A DNA stretch of 64,000 nt from Raja brachyura. Lineage: Eukaryota. Below, one piece after another: positions 13,235 through 25,610 of this stretch. Under the pieces are notes generated by a model. That model was given only the letters and a program-made list of their open reading frames with translations. It was not told the DNA's origin and searched no databases. Made by a program: the position numbers and the translations under genes. Position 1 is the first letter of the stretch; every line of letters begins with the position of its first letter. The stretch is taken from contig OY740811.1 in the NCBI GenBank assembly GCA_963514005.1, positions 14,384,001 to 14,448,000 of the forward strand, written 5' to 3'.

Positions 13235-13516
13235 TGGGCGGTAGAGTTGTTGCCTTACAGAGCTTGCAGCGCCGGAGACCCGGGTTAGACCCCGACTGCC
13301 GGTGCTGTCCGTACGGAGTTTGAACGTTCTCCCCGTGACCTGCGTGGTTCTTTCCAAGATCTTCGGTTTCCTCCCACACTTACTGGTATGTAGGTTAATT
13401 GGCTTGGTGTATATGCAAATCGTCCCTAACGTGTGTAGGATAGTGCTAATGTGCGGGGATCGCAGACACGATGGGCCGAAGGGCCTGTTTCCGCACTGTA
13501 TCACTAAACTAAACTA
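13235..13516 (+). mobile_element. tRNA-derived SINE
   Basis: Same family, ends in CTAAACTAAAC. Inverted relative to the copy at 12575-12872. Confidence 0.88.
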
Positions 13517-14579
13517 TGCTACTTGCACTGTTTTCAAGGGAGAGTTAGAGTTTTCAAGAGAATCTGAGTTTTCAAGTGTTAGATTTAGCTCTTAGGGCTA
13601 AGGGAATGAAGGGATACGGGGGAAAAACGGAACGAGGTACTGATTTTGGAAGGACAGCCATGAAAATACTGAATGGTGATGCTGCCTCGAAGGGCCAAAT
13701 GGCCCACTCCTGCACTTATTTTCTATGTTTCTATGGAGAAATTCAAGAGTGTTTCATTATATGTACTGGCTGTGCAGTAATAACATTCTTACTTGTTGCA
13801 TCTTAACAGGCCCATTGTACACAACAAAACATAAATGCAGATATAATAATCAATAATACAATAAATTAGTCACAGTAATACTAGGTAACATAATGGTGCA
13901 GATCCAAAGTCCACATGGTCCACAGAAGATCATACAGTAGTTACTAAGATAGTGGTTAGTATTGTGTTGGAACAAACTTCAGATGCTGATTTTAAACCAA
14001 AGAAGCTGGAGCAACTCACGGGACAGGCAGCTTCTCTGGAGAGAAGGAAAGGGTGACGTTTAGGGTCGAGACCCTTCTTCAGACTCCATCTGAAACGTCA
14101 ACCATTTCTTCTTTCCATGCTACCTGTCCCACTGAGTTACTCCAGCATTTTGTGTCTATCTAGTGAGGTTAGTGTTGTGCAGTGCTTAAGAGCCAGACAG
14201 TTGCTTGGAAGAAGCTCTTCTCAAACCTGGCGGAAATGGGTTTCAGGCTCCTGTACCTTCTTCCCGATGGTGGCTGTGAGATGAGTGCGAGGAAGTGTTG
14301 AGAACATGATATGGCGCAGCGGGAACTCAGATCTGCCCAAGTGTGCGACTTTAAATCATCTTTACCTTGTCAAAATAACGTTTGGGTTCTTCAGACTTAA
14401 TACTTGAACATGTGTTCATCTGTAATGATATAATAAACAGGAACTGCAGATACATTATTTATACCTGTTTCCGTGCTGAAACTTCTAAACTAACCTAAAG
14501 TGTGAGGCCCCAAAGGGAGGTCATGATGTGTGCGTGTGGGAGAAATGTTTGCATTTATTAACATGCTGCTTGGTTACAG

Positions 14580-14744
14580 TCAGAAGCTGTCGATGGAGGT
14601 AATCTTCTTGGCCAAGGGCGGCAATGGAATGATCTTTTACAATGGACAGAAGACTGATGGCCGGGGAGACTTTGTGTCACTAAACCTGCGAGATGGCTAC
14701 TTGGAGTTTAAATATGACCTCGGCAAAGGACCTGCAGTAATCAG
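14580..14744 (+). CDS. AGRN: Agrin exon: LG2
   Basis: ttacag|TCAGAAG...ATCAG|gtaata, 165 nt, phase 2-2. Encodes [55 protein letters not shown]. Confidence 0.97.
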
Positions 14745-15651
14745 GTAATAAACCACCTCCCCCCCCTCCCCTCACAAGATCCTCATGGAGTCATGGAGTG
14801 ATACAGTGTGGAAACAGGCCCTTCGGCCCAACTTACCCATACCGGCCAACGTGTCCCAGCTACACTAGTCCCACCTGCCTGCGTTTGGTCGATATCCCTC
14901 CAAACTTGTCCCATCCATGTACCTGTCTAACTGTTTCTTAAACATCGGGATAGTCCCATCCTCAACTACCTCCTCTGGCAGCTTGTTCCACACACCCACC
15001 GCCCTTTGTGTGAAAATGTTACCCCTCGGATTCCAGTGAAATCATATCCCCTTCACCTTGAACCTATGTCCTCTGGTCCTCGAGTTCAGCGTTGTTGTTT
15101 TGTTTTCCGGGCATGTGACAAACATGTATCAAACATGTATCAAATCATGACCTTTTGTCACGTATGTCGATCGTCACCTTAGGCGTGTTATTGTCATGTG
15201 CACTGAGGTACAGTGAAAAGCGTTATTTCCTTTATCGTATATATCTGTGCACTGTGGCCGGCTCGATTGTAATCATGTACTGCCTTTCCGCTGACTGGTA
15301 AGGAATCCGCGTGGTAAAAAGGCTTTTCACTGTACCTCGGTTACTTGTGACAATAAACTAAACTAAACTAAACCAAACAACATGATGTATGTTGCAGTTA
15401 AATCCAATACAATGAATTAACAGGACAGATCCTTGAAGAACTCATGGTCATCAGGAAGCCTCCATTGTGAAATATGGCCACGGTTTCCTGAAAATACACT
15501 TCCTGAGTGCACAGCTCACAAATCAGCACGACGTGCACAATTCTGTGGTGGAGTGTAATGTTGCCAGTGCAGTGTTTTGTTTCCAATTATAAAAGCATTT
15601 GGAGAGTAATGGCCTGAAACTATTTTATTTAATTTTCTTCTCTCAAAATAG

Positions 15652-15763
15652 GAGTAAAGAACGTATCCCACTCAACGTATGGAATGTGGTTACTGTCGAA
15701 AGGAGTGGTCGGAAAGGATTAATGAAAATTAACAAGGGTGAATCCCTCTCTGGTGAATCTCCG
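15652..15763 (+). CDS. AGRN: Agrin exon: LG2 up to the y/A site
   Basis: aaatag|GAGTAAA...TCTCCG|gtgggt, 112 nt, phase 2 to 0. Encodes SKERIPLNVWNVVTVERSGRKGLMKINKGESLSGESP. Confidence 0.96.
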
Positions 15764-15876
15764 GTGGGTGAAATAAAATCGTCCTCGTGTCAATGGAGCC
15801 AGACAGTATTTTGAAGTGATGAAGACTTGTGCTGTAAAATTTGATGTACTGCTAACCCAAGCGGATCCAGTGCAGA

Positions 15877-16322
15877 AATAGACAATAGGTGCAGGAGTAG
15901 GCCATTCGGCCCTTCGAGCCGGCACCGCCATTCAATGTGATCATGGCTGATCATCCCCAATCAGTACCCCGTTCCTGCCTTCGCCCCATATCTCCTGACT
16001 CCGCTATCTTTAAGAGCCCTATCTAGCTCTCTCTTGAAAGTATCCAGAGAACCGCCCTCTGAGGCAGAGAATTCCACACTCACAACTCTCTGTGTAAAAA
16101 AAGTGTTTCCTCATCTCCGCTCTAAATGGCTTACCCCTTATTCTTAAACTGTGGCTCCTGGTTCTGAACCCCCCTACATCGGGAACATGTTTCCTGCCTC
16201 TAGCGTGTCCAAACTCTTAATAATCTTATATGTTTCAATAAGATCCCCTCTCGTCCTTCTAAACTCCAGAGTATACAAGCCCAGCCGCTCCATTCTCTCA
16301 GCATATGACAGTCCCGCCATCC
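15877..16322 (-). mobile_element. CR1-clade LINE 3' fragment
   Basis: Closely similar to 480-870 and 21217-21580; begins ~110 nt after an LG2 exon. Confidence 0.88.
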
Positions 16323-17536
16323 TGTCAACTCCAGTTGCTTCAGGTTTCCTACTTCACCTTCTTCTCTGGATCTGCGATGTTCCTTTGTTCATCAATGGGT
16401 TCTGAAAAGATTGTGTTAAAGTGTAGCTTTAAGATGAGATGGGCAACGTTTAATGGAGTTGTACAGGGCCAGTTTTTTACCTTACTCAGTAAATTCTGGG
16501 CTCTCATAATGGGAGCTACGTGTAATATCTGTTGTTAGGTGCACAACAAAGATGAGGGTGGATTGAAAACTACCGAATAAATGAAAGGCCTTGATAAAGT
16601 GGACGTGGAGGGGATGTTTCCAGTAGTGGGAGAGTCTGGGACCAAAGGGCACAGCCTCAGAATAAAATGGCGATGAGTCGGAATTCCTTTAGCCTGAAGG
16701 TGGTGAATCTCTGGAATTCATTGCCAGACAGTGATGGAGGCCAATTAATTGGGCATTTTTAAAGTGGAGATTTTGATTAGTAGCGGCATCAAAAGTTATG
16801 GGGAAAAGGCTGGAGAATGGGGTTTCTCCATAACTTTTGGTCCCAGACAAGATGGCAGACCCGACTTGATGGGCTGAATGGCCTAATTCTGCTTCTATAT
16901 CTGATGGTCTTGTGGTAAAAGCATCTGAATACTAGCAACTGGGTGAAACCGAGGATCTTGTGAACAAGTTGTGTTTGGGAAGTTGGTGATGTGGAGCAGA
17001 ATCTTCAGAGTAATTCTCTTGTTTGTGTATTTTGACTGTCGGGAGAGGGATGATTGGAATTTTGCCGTTGTTTTCCGCTCCCGTCCCACTTGGGGTTGGG
17101 ATTGGGGGAGGAGGGAAGAGTAATAGTGCAAGAAGGGGCAATGATCATTATTAGACTAGGAGTGAGATTTAACCCATGACAGGCCTGCTCGGCTCAAATG
17201 CTATTTACCATTAGCTTGGCAGTAATTGTGGTGTGCTGACCAATGAAGCGTAGTATTTTTAATCAACTGCTTGCATTGAATTATAACCCAAAAAGCCAAA
17301 TGCAAAATACAACATTTAATGTTTTTATAGGCTGAAGAGTTAATGCACGTTTCCTGAAATATTGCCTGTCATTTCCTTAATGTGCTTCCTCCACTTTCTT
17401 TCATGGGAGTGTTATTTATATTGTGTTTGGGTATAATACTGTATGGTTTAATATGCATTCTTTCCTTGTTTCTGACTGATTCCCTTTTCTCTCTTGTGTT
17501 TTTTGTATTTATTCTGATCTGCTTTCTGGATTTCAG

Positions 17537-17548
17537 AAATCGCGCAAG
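17537..17548 (+). CDS. AGRN: Agrin alternative y/A microexon (KSRK, heparin binding)
   Basis: tttcag|AAATCGCGCAAG|gtaacg, 12 nt, phase 0-0, long upstream pyrimidine tract. Encodes exactly KSRK between GESP and APHT. Confidence 0.96.
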
Positions 17549-17958
17549 GTAACGGAAAAAAAAAGCAAATCCATAGATCACAACCTCTATCTCCCATTCT
17601 GAGTTCATCCAATTCCATTGTGAAACGTAGTGGTAGTTGTAGATCATCTTGTTCTGTGTTGTAGAATCTCTTCAGAATCCAAGAGAATGCAAGGAATGGA
17701 GGGATTATGTATCATGGCGACACAGTGGCGCAACGGTAGAGTTGCTGCCTTACATCGCCAGAGACCCCGGCTTCGATCCTGACAATGGGTGCTGTTTGTA
17801 TGGAGTTTGTACATTCTTCCTGTGACCACGAGAGTTTTCTCTGGGTTTCCTTCAACATCCCAGGTTAATTGGCTTCTGTAAATTGTCGCGAGTGTGTAGG
17901 ATAGAAAAATGGGTGATCGATGGTCGGCACGGGTTTCGTGGGCCGAAGGCCCTGTTTC

Positions 17959-18395
17959 CAGTGGCGGACTGGCTCTAAAAATGGTGCTTGCCAGGAGACA
18001 AAGGGGGCCCACTTAATATAGAGGGCCCACTTAATATAGAGGGCCCACTTAATATAGAGGGCCCACTTAATATAGGGGGCCCACTTAATATAGGGGGCCC
18101 ACTTAATATAGGGGGCCCACTTAATATAGGGGGCCCACTTAATATAGAGGGCCCACTTAATATAGAGGGCCCACTTAATATAGAGGGCCCACTTAATATA
18201 GAGGGCCCACTTAATATAGAGGGCCCACTTAATATAGAGGGCCCACTTAATATAGAGGGCCCACTTAATATAGAGGGCCCACTTAATATAGAGGGCCCAC
18301 TTAATATAGGGGGCCCACTTAATATAGGGGGGCCCACTTCATCAGGGGCCCACTTGCCATCGGGCAAAACTGACACCTTGGCCAGTCCTCCACTG
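17959..18395. mobile_element. hAT-family MITE with 8-bp TSD
   Basis: 15-bp TIRs CAGTGGCGGACTGGC ... GCCAGTCCTCCACTG (1 mismatch). Perfect TSD CCTGTTTC at 17951-17958 and 18396-18403. Confidence 0.92.
18005..18330. repeat. 18-bp minisatellite, ~18 copies
   Basis: Unit GGGCCCACTTAATATAG(A/G). Confidence 0.97.
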
Positions 18396-19957
18396 CCTGT
18401 TTCTACACTGTATCTCTAATTGAAACTAAACTAATGCACAGGCAGAGGAGGTTATTTTCTCTTGGCATCATGCTTGGCACTGACCCTGCGGGCCGATGGC
18501 CCGTTCCTGCGCTACACTGTTTTATATTCTATGGAGCACTCCCAGTTTGAGCCCTGAGGCCTGTACATGCCTGACAGCTGGAACCTTAAAAATCCTTCAG
18601 TGTCACTTTAATAAGGACATTTATATTTCGACTCCGGTCCAGCCATGAGTTAGATCCTATTTTGTTTCGACAAGTTGGAGCAAGCCACTGACATGATCTG
18701 TCACAGAATTCTGCACAGGGACACCAGCTGTTCGCTGGTACTTTTAAGAGTAAAGTTTTGGGAAGAATTTGTTTGCCGACTCCAGGGATAAACCTTTGAC
18801 TGAGCATCTAATTGACTAGCAGTGAACCACCTCATTTAATTTAACATATTAACAGTTCACTATTCATCCATTTCATGAATGTCCTTTTTTTTAGAAATTC
18901 ATCAAATAGTGAAGGCAGCATGCCTCTGAAATATGATTCCATGCAAGTCAACGGATGATTTTCAGAGACAATAAACAATAACTTGATGCATATTTAACTA
19001 GTTACCAAGAATGAGTTTCTAGCCACCTCGGTCTGACGAGATTCCAGGCTGTACCACCACTGATCAAACCTTGTGCTGAAATAACATATGTAGAGTGTCC
19101 GTATAAACGGGGGGGAAAAGGCAGCACAATGGCACAGCTGGGAGACCCGCTGCCTCTCAGTTCCATAGAACCCGGGTTAGAGACCTGGATCCTGACCTCG
19201 GCTGCTGTCTGTGTGGAATTTGCACGTTCTCTCTATGACTGCGTGGGTTCCCTCCAAGTGCTCCGGTTTCCTCCCCACATCCCAAAGACATGCGGGTTTG
19301 TAAGTTAATTGTCCTCCGTAAAAAGAAAATTGACTCTAATGTGTAGGCATCGGATGGGTAAAGGGGGATAACGTGGAACTAGTGTGACCGAGTGATCGAT
19401 GGTCGGAGTGGAATTGCTGGGCCGAAGGCCTGGTTTCATGCTGTGTCTAAACTAAATCTGCTCTGTAATCAGGAAGGGAGCTCCATTAGTGCAGTCAAAG
19501 GGATTTCTGGTCAGCTGCTCTTTATTCGAAGGTTCTTTGAAAGCACAAACCTCGGGATTTCATTTGAAAAGATTCACATTCCCTTTCTTCCTTTCCAGTT
19601 CTCATCACCAGCCCTGCATACCTCATCTAGTGCATTATTTCATTATTACAGCTTTACATTGCTCATAACCACACTCAACTTTAAAGTCAACCTGTCACAT
19701 TCAGCGCAATTAATTTAATCTCTATTAAATACGACTCTAGAGAGCAAAGCTCTTGGTGTCTAATGTAGCAAACCGGCATTTTAATTTTGACAAAGGGCTA
19801 TGAGAATTAAATTGCATTGTTGAAGTGACAGGCTGACTTTTAGGTGAAATATTATGCTACATTTCGCTGTTAGCTTCATCCTTGATGTGCGATTATTTGA
19901 ACAAATAGCTTCTCTGTATGTTCGTGTAATGAAAGATTAAATGTTCTTCATCCCAAG

Positions 19958-20074
19958 GCCCCACACACAGCATTGAACCTGAAGGAGGCCTTGTACGTTG
20001 GAGGAGCACCGGATTTCAATAAATTTGCCCGCGCGGCTGCAATCACCTCTGGCTTCTCTGGAGCCATTCAAAAG
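19958..20074 (+). CDS. AGRN: Agrin exon: LG2 C-terminal part
   Basis: cccaag|GCCCCACAC...CAAAAG|gtaaat, 117 nt, phase 0-0. Encodes [39 protein letters not shown]. Confidence 0.96.
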
Positions 20075-21216
20075 GTAAATATAATTGGAACCACCAGCGA
20101 CTTTATTGAGTTGGCCTTAAATAGGAATTGGGAATGGAGAACCGAATAAAAATGATTAATGGCTAATTAACCTCGGGTTCCTTCTTCACTAGAGCCTAAT
20201 CTTTGTATTTCTGCTGACAATTATTCTGCTTCTCAATTTATGAGACCATTCTTTGGTATTAACCAGAAAATAATTAGGGCCCACTCCCTAATTACTTTCT
20301 GAAGTGAGCCCTGAACTTTTACAAAGAGATGGGTGAAAAGGTTGGACTGTCATTTCTCTCCCAAGTTTAATACAGTTGTTCTGAAAGACTAGAGTTCCTC
20401 TTCTTACTCCATATCTCACCCCCCAAATCACCCCCAACCTCCATATCACCCCCAAACTCACTTGCTTGCACGTCAGTTGTTCCATTGAGCTCTTGGTGGT
20501 CTTTAAGGTGGTGGGACCTACTGTGGGCAGCGCAAAGCTTTGAAGATGTCATCACTGCACAAAGTCCGTTGGGAAGATAAGCAAAGCAACGTTGACCCCA
20601 GGGTCAGGGCTCCGATCACACTCAATGTGGTGTTGATGGGCTGGTTCTGATGGGGGCAGCCACATAATCTGCAAACCTAATGTGGACCTCTAAAGCGAGG
20701 ACTCCGAACTCCAGCACAGCAAGAGGGAAAATAAATCACATCAAAGATATTCTCCTTCAAAAAGAAGTCACTTTGAAAATCTGTAACAACCCCCCAGGCC
20801 CCCTGGCTGTTCAAAGTAGAAAATTGGATGAGCTAAGAAGGGGTATCTTGGACGGCATGGATGAGTTGTGTCAAAGGACTTGTTTCTGTTGTATATGACT
20901 TAGTGACTCTAGAGAAGGAACATATGGAATGCTGTGCATCATTCACAGGAGGATCTGGACCATCTCCTACCTCGCCCTCTAACTGCCCAGTCACCCCCCT
21001 AGCCCCACCCACCCCCATCTGTGGCAGAGTCTGCATGTCCCACATTGAGCTTCTCGAGAGCCTGTAAAACATGAGTGGAAGTTAGTCCATCCCAGGAGGA
21101 TGCAATGGAATCCATCCCAGGAGCCTTGCAAGAGATGTGATCAGAGAAAGGGTTATGGGTCCAAGAACCTTGCAGTTGGTACTAAGCTGGTTCCTAGATC
21201 TGAGACCACTGAATGG

Positions 21217-21580
21217 ACAATAGACAGTAGGTGCAGGAGTAGGCCATTCAGCCCTTCGAGCCAGCACCGCCATTCAATGTGATTATGGCTGATCATCCCC
21301 AATCAGTACCCCGTTCCTGCCTTCTCCCCATATCTTTAAGAGCCCTATCTAGTTCTCTCTTGAAAGTATCCAGAGAACCGGCCCCCACCGCCCTCTGATG
21401 CAGAGAATTCTGCAGACTCACAACTTTCTGTGTGAAAAAGTGTTTCCTCATCTCTGTTCTAAATGACTTACCCCTTATTCTTAAACTGTGGCCCCTGGTT
21501 CTGGACTCCCCCAACATCGAGAACATGTCTCCTGCCTCTAGCGTGTCCAAACCCTTAATAATTTTATGTTTCAATAAGAA
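21217..21580 (-). mobile_element. CR1-clade LINE 3' fragment
   Basis: ORF 21293-21574 reads GESRTRGHSLRIRGKSFRTEMRKHFFTQ. Confidence 0.9.
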
Positions 21581-23020
21581 CTAAAGGCATGTTACCTAAA
21601 AAATCTGGGATATAATAAATTCTATCCCTAATAGTAACCTAAAGGCGTAAGAAACAAATAGTCCATCAACATCCTTCGTGGAAGGAAATCTACCTGATAT
21701 GTAACTCCATGACACCTGTGTGGTGGAACTGGATTAAAATGCATCTGGAGTTCACAAGCAGTTAGGAATGGCTTTGTCATCAATGTCCACATCTTGTCAA
21801 TGAACGAACATCATGAAGAGCTGAAGTGAGCTCCAACCTGTAGTCACCAACCCACTAAATCAGCAGGCTTTGACAAGGTTTTAACAGAAGTAAACCAGAT
21901 TCATTCAGGCAGGGGTCACATAAAAGGGGCAAATCTGCGGAGAAACAAACAGAGGTAACATTTCAGGCTGGTGACTAAAATATATGCAAGGTCTTCTCCG
22001 AGTTGAAGATCGACACAAAATGCTGGAGTAACTCAGCGGGACAGGCAGCATCTCTGGAGAGAAGGAATGGTTGACGTTTTGGGTCTAGACCCTTCTTCAG
22101 ACATGAGTTGAGTTTGGGGAACATTTCTACACTTAAAGAACAATAACTTGGAGAACAGACATGCCAAACTTCCTTGTTGGACGACAGTTGACCATTTCAA
22201 AACTTTATTTGGGAATTTGGAGTAAATATTATCAAACCAGTTTGGGCAGGAAAAGTGCAAATCACTTGGTTTATTAATTTATTCTTTCACGCGTTCATTC
22301 TGGTTTCACTAACTGGGCTTGGCCCATTTTTAACTGCAAAGTAGAAGCTGGGGGTGAGCCATCTCCTTTGCATGGGAGTTTGAAGATTTTACCCGACAAT
22401 GGAGAATAACCACAAATAGTTAATCTGTGGAACCGTTGCCACAGACGACTGTAGAGGCCAAGCCAGTGGATGTTTTTAAAACAGAGATAGACACATTTTT
22501 GATTAGAATGGGTGTCAAGGGTTATGGGTGAATGCAAGAAAATGGGATTAGGAGGCAGAGATCAGCCATGATAGAATGGCAGAATAGACTCGATGGGCCG
22601 AATGGCCTAATTCTACTGTTATAACTTGTTAAATATACTTCCAAATCAGGGTGGAGTTTGATTCGAGGGGAACCACCAGACAGTGGTGACCCATGTGCCC
22701 ATGGCCCTCACCCTCGCTGGTAGTCCTGAGAAAGACACAAAACGCTGGAGTAACCAGCGGGTCGGGCAGCATCTCTGGAGAAAAAGGATGCGTGACGTTT
22801 CGGGTCGGAACCCTTCTTCATATAGTTTGGGAGCTAGTTATTCTGTGGTTACATCCACTACTACAGACTAGGGTGTCACCGGGATTCTGTAGTTTTATGG
22901 AATTTGCCATTAAAATAAAATATGAAAACAAAATGACTTCACTGTCACGATTTTGTATTTTTGTGTTTTGTAACACGACAACCTTATAATGTATTTTTTT
23001 TCTTCTCTATTTGTACCCAG

Positions 23021-23210
23021 CTTTCAATCAAATCCATTCCCCTGCTTAAAAAAGTAAATATCCGGAAAGCCATGGAGATCTCCAACTATCGCTCGCACCC
23101 CTGCACAAAGAAAGTGAATCCCTGTCAAAACGGCGGCGTCTGCAGCCCAAGACTCAGGGAATATGATTGCTCGTGTCAGCGCGGCTTCTCGGGGACCCAG
23201 TGCGAGAAAG
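23021..23210 (+). CDS. AGRN: Agrin exon: end of LG2 plus last EGF domain
   Basis: acccag|CTTTCA...GAGAAAG|gtaaag, 190 nt, phase 0 to 1. Encodes [11 protein letters not shown]...[31 protein letters not shown]. Confidence 0.96.
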
Positions 23211-25434
23211 GTAAAGTTATCCATATTTCCTGAGAAGATCTTAGAGTTGTAGAGTTGTACAGTAATGGAAACCTGTGCTTTGGCTCACTGAGACGGTACC
23301 AAACATCAAGCACCCTAATCCCAATGCATTCTCCCCCTTCTAGTTATATTTTTAGAGATGGAGCATGGAAACAGACCCTTGAGCCCATCAAGTCCACGTC
23401 AACCACTGATCACCCGTTCATACAAGTTCCATGTTATCCCATCTTTCTCATCCACTCCCTAGACACTAGGGGCAACGTACAGAGGCCAATTAGCCTAAAA
23501 ACCCGCACATCTTTGGGATGTGGGAGGAAACCGAGGCACCCGGAGACACCCAGGCAGTCACAGAGAAAGTGAAAAGTCCACACAGATAGCACCGGCGATC
23601 AGGATAGAGCCCGGATCTCTGGAACTGTGAGGCAACAGCTCTATCATCTGTGCCACTGCGCCACCCTGATCCATGTTTTCTGTGAAGATCTTGGAGTTAT
23701 AGAGTTGTATGGCCATAGGCACAGGTTCTGTGGCCCATTGAGTCTGAACGAACCATCAAGCATGCCAATCCTGCACCAATCCCATCTCATCCTCTCCACA
23801 TTCCAATTAACTCTTCACAGTCCACCACTCGCCTACACTGCAGGGGCTATTCACAGTGGGTAGTTAATTGACCCAGCCCCACTCTTTGGGAAGTGGGAGG
23901 AACCCAGAACAGCTGGGGCTATCCCCAATGGTCACAAGAAGGGTGTTCAAACTCCACACAGACAGAGGCCAAGTCAGTGGATATTTTTATGGCAGAGATA
24001 GATAGACAGATTCTTGATTTGTACGGGTGTCAGTGCTTTTGGGGAGAAGGCAGGAGAATGGGGTTAGGAGGAAGAGATAGATCAGCCATGATTGAATGGC
24101 GGAGTAGACTTGCGGGGCCGAATGGCCTGATTCTACAACTATTCCTTGTGAGCACTGGAGGTCTGGATTGAACCCTGGTCTTTGGCGGTATGAGGCAGCA
24201 GCACTATCAGCTGAGCCGCTGTGTAGTCCGTCTATTTTTATCATTGCAAGTGACAATTGTTGCATTTTAACATGGTGACCACTTCACATCAATGGGCCCT
24301 GATGACTTTCAGTGTACGTGTGTATATGACAATAAACCCAACCCAAATCAGCTTGGTGGATGATTAACAGCCAGCTCAATTTTGTTCTCAACATAGAACT
24401 AGAAAAGTCTGAAGAAGAATCCCGATCTGAAACGTCACATATCTGTGCTCCCCAGCGGTGCTGCCTGACCTCATGAGTTACTCCAGCGCTTATAGAAAGG
24501 TGCAGCTCCAGAACATTGCGTTCGGCCCACAATGTTTGTGCCAAACTTGATGCCAAGTTAACCTTATCTCCTTTATAGGCATGTGATTCATATTCCTCCA
24601 TTCCTTGCATATCCAAGTGCTAATCTAACTCTCCTATTGTATCTGCCTCCACCACCATACCTGTCAGTGCATTCCAGGCACTCACTACTCTCTGCGTAAA
24701 AAAAACTTGTCCTACGTACCTCATTTAAACTTTGCTCCTCGCAGCTTAACGCTGTGCTCTTGTCTTTGACATTTCCACACTAGGTAAAGGTTCTGTCTGG
24801 CTAAAGGCCACATTTTTCAGCTGGAGTCACTCCGTAGTCCTGCGGTCAATTATGGCACCCAATTATACATCAGTTGATGTGAGTTGTCACCAAAGTTAGT
24901 TATGCCTCAACTTAGCAGTGGCTAAATTCATAAAAACTGCTCATTGTTGATAAATGGCAGGAGATTGGGGTTGGGAGGGATAATTGTTCAGCCATGATTG
25001 AATGACGGAGTAGACTTAACGGGCCAAATGGCCTAATTCTGCCCCTATAACGTGTGAACTTACGAAATGAACTGCACTCATAGAAAACTAGCTACAATTC
25101 ATATAATCACAGGTAAAGCTCTTAAATTTAATAATGTTTAAGAAAGAACTGCAGATGCTGGAAAAATCGAAGGTAGACAAAAATGTTGGAGAAACTCAGT
25201 GGGTGAGGCAGCATCAATGGAGCAAAGGAATAGGTGACGATTAGGGTCGAGACCCTTCTGCAAATGTAATAATGTGTCATTTAGTACACGTTTATAGAAT
25301 TAAAGGGTACCAGACTACACACAAAATTAAGCAGAAAAATATGATTTTTAAAAGTTCTGTCCCAAACCAAATGTATACCGGTTTTGTGTAAATTATTAAC
25401 ACTTAATGGCTGACTCAACTGGTTTCAGTTAATT

Positions 25435-25610
25435 GTTTAAGAAGGAACTGCAGATGCTGGAAAATCGAAGGTAGACAAAAGTGCTGGAGAAACTCAGCAG
25501 GTGCAGCAGCATCTACGGAGTGAAGGAAATAGGCTTCGGAGGGAGGAGGAGAACTTCTTCCATAGATGCTGCTGCACCCGCAGAGTTTCTCCAGCACTTT
25601 TGTCTACCTT
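25435..25610. mobile_element. Penelope-derived inverted-repeat element with TSD
   Basis: Arms GTAGACAAAAGTGCTGGAGAAACTC...GCAGCATCTA and their reverse complement. Flanked by GG(T/C)TTCAGTTAATT at 25421-25434 and 25611-25624. Confidence 0.8.

Larger units (their letters stand above)
17716..18435 (+). mobile_element. tRNA-derived SINE interrupted in its tail by a hAT element
   Basis: A/B boxes at 17725-17780. Tail GGGCCGAAGGCCCTGTTTC | insertion | TACACTGTATCTCTAA. Confidence 0.85.

Noticed and set aside
18005-18330. CRISPR-like array
   Set aside because: Head-to-tail repeats with no unique spacers, no cas genes, and a vertebrate context.
17975-18419. ORFs with GPLNIE or GPSILS repeats resembling a repeat protein
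   Set aside because: Artefact of an 18-bp unit divisible by 3 inside a TIR/TSD-bounded MITE; no splice or start context.
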